Shown: positions 51,275-61,167, counted from the first letter of the stretch. The stretch: 64,000 nucleotides of DNA from Candidatus Cloacimonadales bacterium (GCA_963662275.1 OY759316.1:3840001-3904000), one strand, 5' to 3'. Translations and numbers: made by a program. Notes: generated by a model not told the origin, from the letters alone.

Positions 51275-52381
51275 ATGCGCATATCAATTCGACTCATCCT
51301 GATCATTATAGCGGTCATCCTGATTGCCGGTTGTGACCGTTTTGAACATAATTTCATTAAACCGACATACCCATTGGTTGAGCAGCTTTATGCCAGTTTT
51401 TCCGATAGTCTTCTGCAAATCTCTGATATTGATGTTGAATCAATTAGTAGTTTTTATGCGGATAATTATCTGAATAATGGAATAAATAAAGTACAGATGG
51501 AGCAGTATTATAGGAATCTGTTCATTAATCATCCCAATAGTATTATTGTTGCTGATTCCACATATGATTTTGATGCTAATTCTCTCAGTTTCCAATGGCG
51601 ATTGAAACTCACTAATTTAGCCGGTGATAGCACTTTTATTGATACCTTGTTTACGGATCAGATTGCCTTGCATGAGGGGAAATATCAGTTTATTGGTAAT
51701 CAGTATGATCCTGGAGAACCCAGTCCCAAACAAAAAGTGTTAGCTCAGATCGTAACCGGTACAGGATGTGCAAATTGTGTGGCGATTGAAGCTGCCTTAC
51801 ATGCATGTGAGCTTCGTTTTCCTGGTCAGTTTTATTATCTTGAACATCATTATAACGATTTTCTGGAACTTCCTAATATTTCTGAATTTATGCTATATTA
51901 TGATAACATCTTCTCTTCACCAACCACAATTTTTCAAGGCATTACCAAATATCTTGAACCTAACAATGGTGATTTGGCTCAGTTCACAGCATTAACCCAG
52001 GATCTGCTGAACCAGGATGCTAAATATGACTTGGCTAATCTAACTTATACGATAAGTGGAGATACTCTTCATGCTTCCATTGAGATAACCCCGAAGTCAG
52101 CACTAACTCATACAAACCTGGTATTCAATTATGTGATAGCAGATAAAGTTTCTACATTGAATAATTTAGGAGGTCTTCCCTGTCGAAATGTAATTTTGAA
52201 AAGGAGTTCGAAAGATATTTCAGCTATGGTTTTACCGGGAACCGTTGACTTTACGCTTCAAATCCCTGTAAACCTTCCTACAGACGCTAAAATCGTAGCT
52301 TGGGTACAAACGATGAATACACCATGGGATTCACAATCCCTCATTTATAATGTGATCGAAAAAGATATTTTCAGAAAATAG
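51275..52381 (+). CDS. Lipoprotein with Omp28-like thioredoxin domain
   Basis: Lipobox IAGC; TGTGCANC; LEHH; Ig-like C-terminus with IVAWVQ. Confidence 0.7.
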   Translation: MRISIRLILIIIAVILIAGCDRFEHNFIKPTYPLVEQLYASFSDSLLQISDIDVESISSFYADNYLNNGINKVQMEQYYRNLFINHPNSIIVADSTYDFDANSLSFQWRLKLTNLAGDSTFIDTLFTDQIALHEGKYQFIGNQYDPGEPSPKQKVLAQIVTGTGCANCVAIEAALHACELRFPGQFYYLEHHYNDFLELPNISEFMLYYDNIFSSPTTIFQGITKYLEPNNGDLAQFTALTQDLLNQDAKYDLANLTYTISGDTLHASIEITPKSALTHTNLVFNYVIADKVSTLNNLGGLPCRNVILKRSSKDISAMVLPGTVDFTLQIPVNLPTDAKIVAWVQTMNTPWDSQSLIYNVIEKDIFRK

Positions 52382-52389
52382 GAGAAATC

Positions 52390-52893
52390 ATGCACCTTAG
52401 AGTATTCGTAATAATCCTATGCCTTATTGCTGTAATTAGTTTATTTGCAGAAAAAAAGATGCCGGACTTTACTTTACAGGATGTGAATGGCAAAGATGTA
52501 AAGCTTAGTGAAGCACTCAAGTCTGGTCCTGTTGTCGTTGATTTTTGGGCAAGCTGGTGTCAGCCATGTTTAAAAGAGTTACCCCGCTTTGATGAGATGC
52601 AAAAGAAATATCCAAATGCATCCTTTTTAATGATCACTATTGATGCACCGAAGAGTACTGCACGAGCTAAATCGGAAGTAAAATCAAAGAAGTATTCTTT
52701 TACCACTCTCTTCGATACAAACCAGTATGTGAAGGGGAAACTGAATGTTGATAGCATACCTCATACCTTTATTTTGAAGCAGGATGGAGTAATCGCTTAT
52801 GAACACTTGGGGTATAACGTGGGTGATGAGAAAATACTGGAAGAAGAATTGTTAAAAGTGATAGCTCCTGCACAAGCAGATTCGCTTAAATAG
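52390..52893 (+). CDS. TlpA/ResA-like disulfide reductase
   Basis: PDFTL, DFWASWCQPC..ELP, SIPHTF. Confidence 0.92.
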   Translation: MHLRVFVIILCLIAVISLFAEKKMPDFTLQDVNGKDVKLSEALKSGPVVVDFWASWCQPCLKELPRFDEMQKKYPNASFLMITIDAPKSTARAKSEVKSKKYSFTTLFDTNQYVKGKLNVDSIPHTFILKQDGVIAYEHLGYNVGDEKILEEELLKVIAPAQADSLK

Positions 52894-52901
52894 GTTTATC
52901 T

Positions 52902-54347
52902 ATGAAATATGGAATATTAGTTCTTTTACTGGGAGTTTTAAGTATTAGTCTCTTCGCTGCTGATCTGCAAATTGGCGGTTTGAATCAATTGAACTATACG
53001 TACCGCGCTGCCGATGATTCTCTGCATACATTTTTTGATGATCAATTTTCTTTTTCAGCCAATTATAGTAATTTTACTTTTGGTATGAAGTTCATTGCTA
53101 ATTTACCGAAGTATAACAAATATGAAAGTAACTTAGTTTCAGAACTTGAACCTGATAAATTAACTAGTGCTTGGGATGAGCGTTATCTCGAATATACAAA
53201 GGACAATCTTTTTCTGCATGGCGGAACTTATGAAGAAACATTCGGCTCCGGAATGGTATATCGCTCCTTCCAGGACTTGGATTTTGATATTGATACAAGG
53301 CTTGAAGGAATGCAGATCAAAGTCAGTTATCCTGATTTGAAGATAAAATCACTTTATGGATCGTGGCGAAGTATCAAAACTCAGGAAGATTCACCGAAGA
53401 ATATTGCTTATGGCAGTGAAGTTGAATATACCATATTGCCAGGTATTGCAATAGCCGGAAACGGTATAGGGATGCGAGTCTACGAACCTGCAAGATACTA
53501 TTCTGAACAGGATATCTTCGGTGGTCGCTTAAGCTTGAATTATAGCTTCCTTGATGGTTCTGTGGAAGCAGCAACATCAACAAAATATCACCAGGTCACG
53601 CCAAACAGGAATGGATATGGAATTTATGCCAACAGCAATATCTACATGGGGTCTGTGAACATTAGTACAGCATACCGTAAGTATTATAAGTTCGACTATG
53701 TTTTACATGATCTTCCTGCTGTGAATTATCATAATGAGCCATTAACAGATTCCGCTGCCGGAATTGACGAAGAAGGACCACAAGGTGAAATCAGGTACAA
53801 TCATGGGGAAGATAACTCCATTCAAGTCAATTATGCAGAAGCCTGGTCATCAGATCAAAAAAATCGCTTGAATGACCTTTTTGGTGAATTTGCCCAGAAG
53901 TTCTCTTCCTGGCAAATGACCGTTGAATATTCACATATAGAAAAAAATGAAAAAGAGCTACAGCGCTGGAGTAAGGATCTGATCCCAGCTATGACCTTTG
54001 ATTTTAATATCGCCGGTAATCCGGCTCATATTCGTACTGAATATGAATATATTGAAAAGCAAAGCCAGCAAACGATTTCCTATCACTACGAGCCACTATT
54101 GCAAACGGACTATCATTTCAGGCAATTCGGAATTTCCATCATTTCGGAAACTGAAATCAAAGAGATTAGTGAAATTAGTAAATCGAGTTATTGGGTCAAT
54201 GGGGAATTCAGAACAACATTATTCGAGAATACTGATCTTCTATTTTTTGCGGGAAAGCAGAAAGGCGGGAAAGTATGTCGAAATGGCAGTTGTAAATATG
54301 TTTCTGCTTTTAATGGAATACGGCTCAGTTTAAGCACAAGATTTTAG
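52902..54347 (+). CDS. Outer-membrane beta-barrel protein, DUF6029-like
   Basis: Signal peptide, YEETFGSGM, alternating beta strands, GGKVCRNGSCKYV..F.G, terminal Phe. Confidence 0.7.
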   Translation: MKYGILVLLLGVLSISLFAADLQIGGLNQLNYTYRAADDSLHTFFDDQFSFSANYSNFTFGMKFIANLPKYNKYESNLVSELEPDKLTSAWDERYLEYTKDNLFLHGGTYEETFGSGMVYRSFQDLDFDIDTRLEGMQIKVSYPDLKIKSLYGSWRSIKTQEDSPKNIAYGSEVEYTILPGIAIAGNGIGMRVYEPARYYSEQDIFGGRLSLNYSFLDGSVEAATSTKYHQVTPNRNGYGIYANSNIYMGSVNISTAYRKYYKFDYVLHDLPAVNYHNEPLTDSAAGIDEEGPQGEIRYNHGEDNSIQVNYAEAWSSDQKNRLNDLFGEFAQKFSSWQMTVEYSHIEKNEKELQRWSKDLIPAMTFDFNIAGNPAHIRTEYEYIEKQSQQTISYHYEPLLQTDYHFRQFGISIISETEIKEISEISKSSYWVNGEFRTTLFENTDLLFFAGKQKGGKVCRNGSCKYVSAFNGIRLSLSTRF

Positions 54348-54370
54348 ATTAACATAGAATGGAGGAATAA

Positions 54371-55738
54371 ATGAAATATCTACTTATTACGCTTTTTGTA
54401 ATTTTATTGTCTGGAATGATATGGGCACAAGTACCATACTATCCCCTAACATCCATAGCAGAAGACTTTGCTTCCACTTCTTGCACCAGTTGTTTAAACA
54501 CTTTTGCAGGTTTGAATGTGGTTGAATCACAAACAAATACCAATAATTTCTTTAGCGTCAGATATTATGCTCAATCAGGACTAGATTGGACGTTTCCGGC
54601 TGTCGAAGAAAGGTTATCATACTACCAGGTTATTGGTGTTCCATCTGCCGTTTTCAATGGAAAAGATCTGATCGGCGGAGGTTCTGATGTTTCGGATGGA
54701 GTCACTTACTTAAATACACTTTCTCCATACAAGTGGAGTTCTTCTCCAGTAAAAATGGAAGTACTTGCCTTTGATCATAATACTTTGAATGTTCAGATTA
54801 AAGTAACAATGTTCGATTCAACCTATGTTATGACAGATGCACCAATATGCTTCCTCCTGCTCCAGGATAATGTTACACCCGTGCATACACATGCGGTAAG
54901 AGATATCAAGATGGATATTGTGAATTTGACAGGAAATGGCAATACTGTGCAATTTACGAAAACTTTTACTCCTTCAATGACGATCAACCCTGATAGTTTA
55001 TGGGTAGCTGCCTTTATCCAAACCGGTGATCATACAATTCTCCAATCCGTAAGTTCAAAACCTAAACCCGATTACTACTCTCGCATCATTCTTCCTTTTA
55101 AGCAAAATTTACATGGAGATCTGGATGTGTATTATCAAAGCATCCCTTTCTATGTTTGGAATTTTGGTAATCCAGGTAATTTTACAATTAAACTTGTTAA
55201 GGATGATGCTCCTGATTCGTTGGAATTGGCATTCTGTAGTACATCAGGATCTTGTTATGGTCAAAATGTTGCAGTTCCCTTCAATTTAGGTTCTGATGCA
55301 TACAGAGGCTTCTTTGTGGATGTAACTCCGCATGTCTCTGGAATTGCTCATTTCCATTTTGAAATCACTCAGATTAACACTGGAACTCAAGAAATCATCC
55401 CATTTTCATTCGCAACTAGTGATGTTGCCAATAATGATCACTTTGCTCAATCTTCTTTAAGTTCCACAATTTCGAATTCTCCCAATCCTTTTAGAGAGCA
55501 GACAAAATTAACCTATCGTATTGAATCAAAAAACGCCGTAAATGCTTCCCTGGAAATCTATAATATCAAAGGGCAGATAGTGAAGCGTTTTTCACATTTA
55601 TCTTTGAACAATGGTGAAGGTTCACTCAATTGGAACGGTAGAGGAAATGATGGTAAAACCCTTCCTTCAGGTATCTATTTCAGCCGTTTGAAGGGCGTTC
55701 CAGGATCAAAAACACATAAAATTGTCATTTTTCGCTAA
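54371..55738 (+). CDS. Omp28-like thioredoxin-fold protein with C-terminal secretion domain
   Basis: EDFASTSCTSC, GVPSAVFNG, VAAFIQ; SPNPF...IYNIKGQ...WNG...PSGIYF. Confidence 0.8.
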   Translation: MKYLLITLFVILLSGMIWAQVPYYPLTSIAEDFASTSCTSCLNTFAGLNVVESQTNTNNFFSVRYYAQSGLDWTFPAVEERLSYYQVIGVPSAVFNGKDLIGGGSDVSDGVTYLNTLSPYKWSSSPVKMEVLAFDHNTLNVQIKVTMFDSTYVMTDAPICFLLLQDNVTPVHTHAVRDIKMDIVNLTGNGNTVQFTKTFTPSMTINPDSLWVAAFIQTGDHTILQSVSSKPKPDYYSRIILPFKQNLHGDLDVYYQSIPFYVWNFGNPGNFTIKLVKDDAPDSLELAFCSTSGSCYGQNVAVPFNLGSDAYRGFFVDVTPHVSGIAHFHFEITQINTGTQEIIPFSFATSDVANNDHFAQSSLSSTISNSPNPFREQTKLTYRIESKNAVNASLEIYNIKGQIVKRFSHLSLNNGEGSLNWNGRGNDGKTLPSGIYFSRLKGVPGSKTHKIVIFR

Positions 55739-55741
55739 ATA

Positions 55742-57046
55742 ATGACAAGAATAAAGGAGATCAAGATAATGAATCCCAAAGCAATATTACTGATTTTATC
55801 AGTATTTCTAACGGTCTTTGCTTTTGCCGTGCCACGAGATAAGTGTATTCTCGAAATTGGTACGGGCACTTGGTGTCAGTTTTGTCCTGGTGCAAGCATG
55901 GCAGCAGACGATATTGAAGCAAACGGTCTGGATGTCGCTATAATCGAATATCACAATAATGATCCATATACAAATGCTGCTTCAAATGCACGAAATAACT
56001 ATTATGAAGTTCCCGGTTGGCCGACTGCTTATTTTGATGGACTTCTTCCTTTTGATGGTGGAGATCATACTGCAAGTATGTATAGTTATTACTTACCGAG
56101 AATTAATACAAGACTGGCACGTGTATCTTCATTCACATTAGCTGGAACAGCAAATCTGAGCGGTAATTCATTACTATTACAAGGCATGGCACAAAAAGTT
56201 GGAGCTAATACTTCCGATGATATCAAATTACATATGGTAGTGACAGAATCTAATATTCATGTAGTCTGGCAAGGTCAAAATCATGTCAGTTTTGTCGAAA
56301 GAGCCATGTATCCGAATGCAAATGGAACATCAGTGAGTTTCGATTCAAATTCCAAACAGACTGTGACGGGTGCGATAACTCTTAGCTCGAATTGGGTACG
56401 GAATAATATGGAAGTCGTTGTATTCCTTCAAGATAATACAACTAAAGAAATACTCCAAGGTACTAAATTCAGTTTCTCTGACATCTCAAAGATTCCAACT
56501 TCTTTAACTGCAGAACTAAATAGCGAAAATCATGTCGTTCTAAACTGGTGTGCACCAACAGAAATTCCTATGGCATATGGTGTATATAAAAACGATGAAT
56601 TTCTCGATTTTACAGAGGCAACTAGTACTACTTTTACTGATCCAGAAGTCTTTACAGGCACTGCATCATACAAAGTAAATGCTTTATTCGAGGCGGAAGA
56701 ATCATTATTCTCCCTGGAAGCGGTTGTTCTACCGGTGGATAATCATGATGCTGCCATGCTTCCAGTAATACCATCAGTTATTACATCTATCTATCCTAAT
56801 CCATTTAATCCTGAAACACGTATTTCCTATACACTTCAGAATTCTGGATCTGTGCAAATCAGCATCTATAATCTTCTTGGTCAAAAAATCAGGCAAGTTG
56901 TAAATACTAACCAGGTATCCGGAACACATATTATCTCTTGGGATGGTAAAGATGAACTTGGAAATGGTATGAGCAGCGGAATATATTTCGTTCGTATGGA
57001 TACAAAAGATTCGCATGATTCAAAAAAAATCATGTTGTTAAAATAA
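55742..57046 (+). CDS. Omp28-like thioredoxin-fold protein with FN3-like and C-terminal secretion domains
   Basis: EIGTGTWCQFCPG, IEYH, GWPTAYFDG, VVVFLQ; YPNPFNP...IYNLLGQ...SSGIYF. Confidence 0.85.
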   Translation: MTRIKEIKIMNPKAILLILSVFLTVFAFAVPRDKCILEIGTGTWCQFCPGASMAADDIEANGLDVAIIEYHNNDPYTNAASNARNNYYEVPGWPTAYFDGLLPFDGGDHTASMYSYYLPRINTRLARVSSFTLAGTANLSGNSLLLQGMAQKVGANTSDDIKLHMVVTESNIHVVWQGQNHVSFVERAMYPNANGTSVSFDSNSKQTVTGAITLSSNWVRNNMEVVVFLQDNTTKEILQGTKFSFSDISKIPTSLTAELNSENHVVLNWCAPTEIPMAYGVYKNDEFLDFTEATSTTFTDPEVFTGTASYKVNALFEAEESLFSLEAVVLPVDNHDAAMLPVIPSVITSIYPNPFNPETRISYTLQNSGSVQISIYNLLGQKIRQVVNTNQVSGTHIISWDGKDELGNGMSSGIYFVRMDTKDSHDSKKIMLLK

Positions 57047-57085
57047 CAATGTTATTAGACAGGCCCGTTTGTCTGTCATCCGCTT

Positions 57086-57112
57086 GTAGAGACGCTCAAC
57101 TTGGGCGTCTCT
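57086..57112 (+). repeat. GTAG-type REP / terminator hairpin
   Basis: GTAGAGACGCTCAACTTGGGCGTCTCT followed by T residues, between convergent genes. Confidence 0.6.
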
Positions 57113-57128
57113 TTTCTGTATATTCGAG

Positions 57129-58496
57129 TTAAACGCTTAACGAAAATGGGGTGGCGTTTATTCCTGCAACCCAACCAGTTGAAAATGCTGCCTGGAGATT
57201 ATAACCACCTGTATCGGCATCGAGATCAAGGATTTCACCAGCAAAATACAGATTAGGAATAAGTTTGGAAGCCATTGTATGCGGATCAACGCTTTTCAAA
57301 TCGATACCTCCAGCAGTGATGATGGCTTCATTCCAGTCACGATAACCCGTGATAGGTATTTGAAAGTCTTTCAACCAGACACGCAGACGTTTTCGTTCTT
57401 CACAAGTTACTTGGTTGGAAGGCTTATTCAAATTGAGTCCTGTCAATTCTGCACAAAGCGGTATCATCTGTTGGGGAAGCAATCCGTTCATGACAACATG
57501 GAATGGTTGTTTGGTTGCTTTCTCGATTTCCCGCAACAGGCGAGCATCAAGCTGCTCCATCTCCAATGCAGGCTTCAGATCGATGGAGAGGACAACCCCC
57601 CTTAATCCCCCCTCTGCTAGGGAGGTCTCTTCTTTCGCACTTCGTACTTCGAACTTCGCACTTCGTACTTCCTTCACTGCTTTTCCACTCATTGAAAGTA
57701 TAATCGGTCCACAGACTGTATTATCCCTGAATTCCATTTCCCCGAAATCGGAGAGAACCTTTTTATTATTGATGAACAGCGAAGCTTTCACGTTCTTAAG
57801 AGCTAAGCCATCCAGTTCTTTGAGTATGTGTTCATCCGTCAGTAATGGAACTAGAGCTGGTAATGGGTCGATAATTGGATGTCCGACTGATTCAGCCAGG
57901 ATGAAGCCATCTCCTGTTGATCCTGTGAGAGGGTAGGATTGTCCACCTGTGGCAAGAATAACTGCATTGGCAAAGACAGTGGTGGATTCCACTTTTCTTA
58001 CTTCGTGTCCCTTTATTTTGAGTTGCTGTTTATCATTATATTTTTCAATATGATAGGTGATACCTGTGATATGTCCTTCATCCATCACAAAACCAAAGAC
58101 ACGTGATTCATTCCGTATTTCCACACCGCATTTCACTGCCCACTTGATGAGTGCATCGGTTACTTCCACAGCACTGCCGGATGTGGGAAAAACACGACTC
58201 CCGCGTTCGACTGTAGTCTCAACTCCAATCTTGTTGAAGAAATCGATCAAATCCTGTGAGAAGAACTGGCTGAATGCCTGTCTTAAAAACTTTCCATTCT
58301 TACCAAAATGCTGGATGAATTCAGGTAAAGGAGTGATATTTGTCATATTACAGCGTCCCTTCCCCGTAATACGCAGTTTTCTGCCAGTACGATTCATTCT
58401 TTCGAGAAGGATTACTCTCAGTCCACGTTTGGCAGCCATGCCCGCAGCCATTAAGCCTGCTGGACCGCCACCGATGACGGCAATATCATAATTCAT
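57129..58496 (-). CDS. HI0933/BaiN-family NAD(P)/FAD-dependent oxidoreductase with repeat-derived insertion
   Basis: IGGGPAG, ITGKGRCN, ATGGQSYP.TGSTGDG, TGGYNLQAA. Confidence 0.93.
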   Translation of the reverse strand: MNYDIAVIGGGPAGLMAAGMAAKRGLRVILLERMNRTGRKLRITGKGRCNMTNITPLPEFIQHFGKNGKFLRQAFSQFFSQDLIDFFNKIGVETTVERGSRVFPTSGSAVEVTDALIKWAVKCGVEIRNESRVFGFVMDEGHITGITYHIEKYNDKQQLKIKGHEVRKVESTTVFANAVILATGGQSYPLTGSTGDGFILAESVGHPIIDPLPALVPLLTDEHILKELDGLALKNVKASLFINNKKVLSDFGEMEFRDNTVCGPIILSMSGKAVKEVRSAKFEVRSAKEETSLAEGGLRGVVLSIDLKPALEMEQLDARLLREIEKATKQPFHVVMNGLLPQQMIPLCAELTGLNLNKPSNQVTCEERKRLRVWLKDFQIPITGYRDWNEAIITAGGIDLKSVDPHTMASKLIPNLYFAGEILDLDADTGGYNLQAAFSTGWVAGINATPFSLSV

Positions 58497-58729
58497 AGAA
58501 ACTCCGTTTCATTAAACTAAAAACTAATAACTAAAAGTGGCAGAGAGGGTTTGGAGTTCAAATTTCCTTTGTGACTGTTACAAGCACTTAGATAATAGGA
58601 AATTCGGACTTCAAACCTTGTAAAATTAAGCTGACTTTCGCTACAGGGTAAGAGAAAATCGATTTTGAAGTCCGTTTTCCCTTTTCTGATACCTGAAACC
58701 TGGAACCTTCTGCACTCCCCTATACGCTG

Positions 58730-58879
58730 TTAGCTGTCCCCTTTCTTCAGCTCCGCTTTCAGGAACTTCCGTACTGATTTCCTGCCTTTGCGTTTGAACC
58801 AACGCTTTGATTCTGTATGCGCTTCATCGGGATGAGCAGGTCGTTTCCTCTGGTAAAGCCGTTGTGTGCCTTTCTTCAT
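58730..58879 (-). CDS. Small basic protein, 49 aa (below the ORF track cutoff)
   Basis: MKKGTQRLYQRKRPAHPDEAHTESKRWFKRKGRKSVRKFLKAELKKGDS; ATGA overlap with the upstream stop. Confidence 0.55.
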   Translation of the reverse strand: MKKGTQRLYQRKRPAHPDEAHTESKRWFKRKGRKSVRKFLKAELKKGDS

Positions 58880-59979
58880 TTTTTAGTTACCGTCCAGGTT
58901 TTGCCTTCATTATTGATAAACCATGTACAATATCCATCCCGTGCTTTTATGCTAGCGATGTAACTCTTGGGTTTTACTTCAATCCTGGGTGATTTCCAAG
59001 ATTTCGATGCAAGAAAGGAAGTTTCTTTCACCACTTTTGAAGCATAACTACCATTTTGTAGATAATACTCTTTCTCAAGATAGTAAATTCGTCTTAATGT
59101 CCAAATAACTTGATAGTCAATTCTTTCCGTAACAGGATCCATGACTGCATCGGGGTGATGCTTCAAATTTAGAAATCCCCACATCTCGGGATAATGCATA
59201 GCCACAAGACCTTGAGGAGACCATACCCAATTATCTTCAGGAAGAGGATTACCCTTGCTGTCATTTTGCTTCACATATTGACCATTCACGACATCATGTT
59301 TCCATTCCACCCTTGAAAAATTCACACGTAATTGTTTGTAGTCATGATACCTTAAATAGTTTGTGTCCATACATATAGATTCCCAAGGAATTGCAATTTC
59401 AACAGACCAGCCCCTATCTTTATCATTCGGGTTGTTCAGAGTACCATTCAAATATACTGCAGTCTTAAGACCATCAATATTCCAAGAGTCAACCGCGACC
59501 TTATCTCCATCCCGATAGGGTTTTAAAAGCATTAAATCCCAAACGGTGTTCAGTGCATTGATCTCTAATTCATAATAATTGTGTGTATCACTATCCGTAT
59601 CTATAAAAACTTCAAAGTCATTATCATGAAAGATGACTGCATCTCTATCTTTTATCGTTGCCCAGAGATCCGTTTCTTCCATTTCAGCCCCAATATATAA
59701 GTACTTCTCATCCCATAGCATCTTTGCTTTCGTTAGGAATCTTGGTTTAGGCATAGATTCGGATACTATATCTACAAAGGAATCTGTCCATTGAGCCTGT
59801 TGCCAAACTTTCTCACTTAATTGACCATCAATTGTCAGTGGATTGTTCCAGATTAAAGGACAATCATATGTTTTTGGATTAAAAGGAATCTGCGGTACAG
59901 GAAAAAGCAGTGCTTTATCTTCCGCATACAGTGATAGACAGGCTATCATAAAGAAAAGAATGATGAGATACTTTCTCAT
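58876..59979 (-). CDS. Carbohydrate-binding family 9-like secreted protein
   Basis: IDGQLSE..W, LWDEKYLY, DNDFEVFID, YYELEIN, WSVEIAIPW, NWVWSPQG..MHYPE.WG. Confidence 0.85.
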   Translation of the reverse strand: MRKYLIILFFMIACLSLYAEDKALLFPVPQIPFNPKTYDCPLIWNNPLTIDGQLSEKVWQQAQWTDSFVDIVSESMPKPRFLTKAKMLWDEKYLYIGAEMEETDLWATIKDRDAVIFHDNDFEVFIDTDSDTHNYYELEINALNTVWDLMLLKPYRDGDKVAVDSWNIDGLKTAVYLNGTLNNPNDKDRGWSVEIAIPWESICMDTNYLRYHDYKQLRVNFSRVEWKHDVVNGQYVKQNDSKGNPLPEDNWVWSPQGLVAMHYPEMWGFLNLKHHPDAVMDPVTERIDYQVIWTLRRIYYLEKEYYLQNGSYASKVVKETSFLASKSWKSPRIEVKPKSYIASIKARDGYCTWFINNEGKTWTVTKK

Positions 59980-59995
59980 AAAAACTCCATTGAAA

Positions 59996-60142
59996 GTGGA
60001 GTAGGATTCCGATCCTACTGAACACTTAGCTATATTCTACATCTCTTAAAATCTATTTTATGTAGAGTGGTAGTATTAGTTTACTATGCAGTAGGATCGG
60101 AATCCTACTCCACGGCAAGTTACCCGCTAAAGTGGGTGCTAA
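59996..60142. repeat. Perfect 25-bp inverted REP pair plus a further REP
   Basis: GTGGAGTAGGATTCCGATCCTACTG (59996-60020) with reverse complement (60089-60113); TTACCCGCTAAAGTGGGTGCTA (about 60120-60141). Confidence 0.85.
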
Positions 60143-61101
60143 GCTTTACAGTCGTTCAGCAAATCCTGAATAGTAGTTTCAGCGAGGCATACACATGTAT
60201 CTGCAGCACCGTAATAAACCTTCACTTCGCTATCAGGAAGAGAAAAGCCTTCTGCATCGTAATCCTCAACGATAATACCGGAAGGAAAGACCACATTCGG
60301 CACTTGTCCTGTTAATTCATATAATTCACGCGGTTCAAGGATGTTATATTTCCCTCTGGCAAGCACCTTTTGCGGTTGCTTTAGATCCAAGAGTACAACA
60401 CCGGCTTGATATATATTCGTAGAACCGAAGTGCGTGGCAACGCCATGATAGATATGCAGCCAGCCTTCTCTTGTTTTCACTGGTGGTGTACCGGAACCGA
60501 TGAGTTCATCCCAGTAATGGGAATTGCCCATGAGAATTGGTCCCAGCATTTTCCAATTGGTGAGTTGTGGGGATTCAGATACCCATATTCTTGCCCCTGT
60601 AGCGGGTTCACCAGGCTTGACCAATGTATTCGGTCTTTCCAATCTCAGGAACTTACCGTTGAACTTTTCGGGGAAAAGCACACCATTACGAGTATCAATT
60701 CTAGGAGCTACGCCGATGAAATGAAATTCCCTGAAATCAGTTGTCTGTGCCACACCCAGCTTGCATCCCTGTTCAAAATCCATGGCAAACATGATATAAT
60801 ATACATCTTCCACTTTGGTGATACGTGGATCATAGCAATGATAGACGATTGGATTCTTGGTCTTCAAACCTTCAAAACGCACGATCTCATTCCTTACTTC
60901 AAACTTTACTCCATCATCGCTTTCAGCCATTACAAAGTATGTTTCACGTGCTCTATTCTGTACTCTCAGCATGAGCATGTATTTATCTTTGTACTTAATG
61001 GCACCGGGATTGAAAACAGATGTCACATCATGCAGATGTGGAAGGATATCAGGTATATCCGAACGGGTAAGGATGGGGTTGTTGGCATTGCGAACTAACA
61101 T
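60139..61101 (-). CDS. Glycoside hydrolase family 130 (beta-mannoside phosphorylase-like)
   Basis: NPIL, VFNPGA, YDPRIT, RNGVLFPEK, WLHIYHG, VPNVVFP, YYGAADT. Confidence 0.92.
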   Translation of the reverse strand: MLVRNANNPILTRSDIPDILPHLHDVTSVFNPGAIKYKDKYMLMLRVQNRARETYFVMAESDDGVKFEVRNEIVRFEGLKTKNPIVYHCYDPRITKVEDVYYIMFAMDFEQGCKLGVAQTTDFREFHFIGVAPRIDTRNGVLFPEKFNGKFLRLERPNTLVKPGEPATGARIWVSESPQLTNWKMLGPILMGNSHYWDELIGSGTPPVKTREGWLHIYHGVATHFGSTNIYQAGVVLLDLKQPQKVLARGKYNILEPRELYELTGQVPNVVFPSGIIVEDYDAEGFSLPDSEVKVYYGAADTCVCLAETTIQDLLNDCKA

Positions 61102-61167
61102 AATAAACTCCGTTTTATTCAATTAAAAATTAAAGATTAAAAAAATTAAGAATTACAGAGAAGAACT

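Noticed and set aside
51275..57046. Selenocysteine recoding in the thioredoxin-fold proteins
   Set aside because: All CxxC motifs here are encoded by Cys codons in uninterrupted frames; no in-frame TGA was seen.
60406..61098. 230-aa plus-strand ORF and other long antisense ORFs in the track
   Set aside because: They fully overlap well-supported genes on the opposite strand and carry no recognisable motifs.
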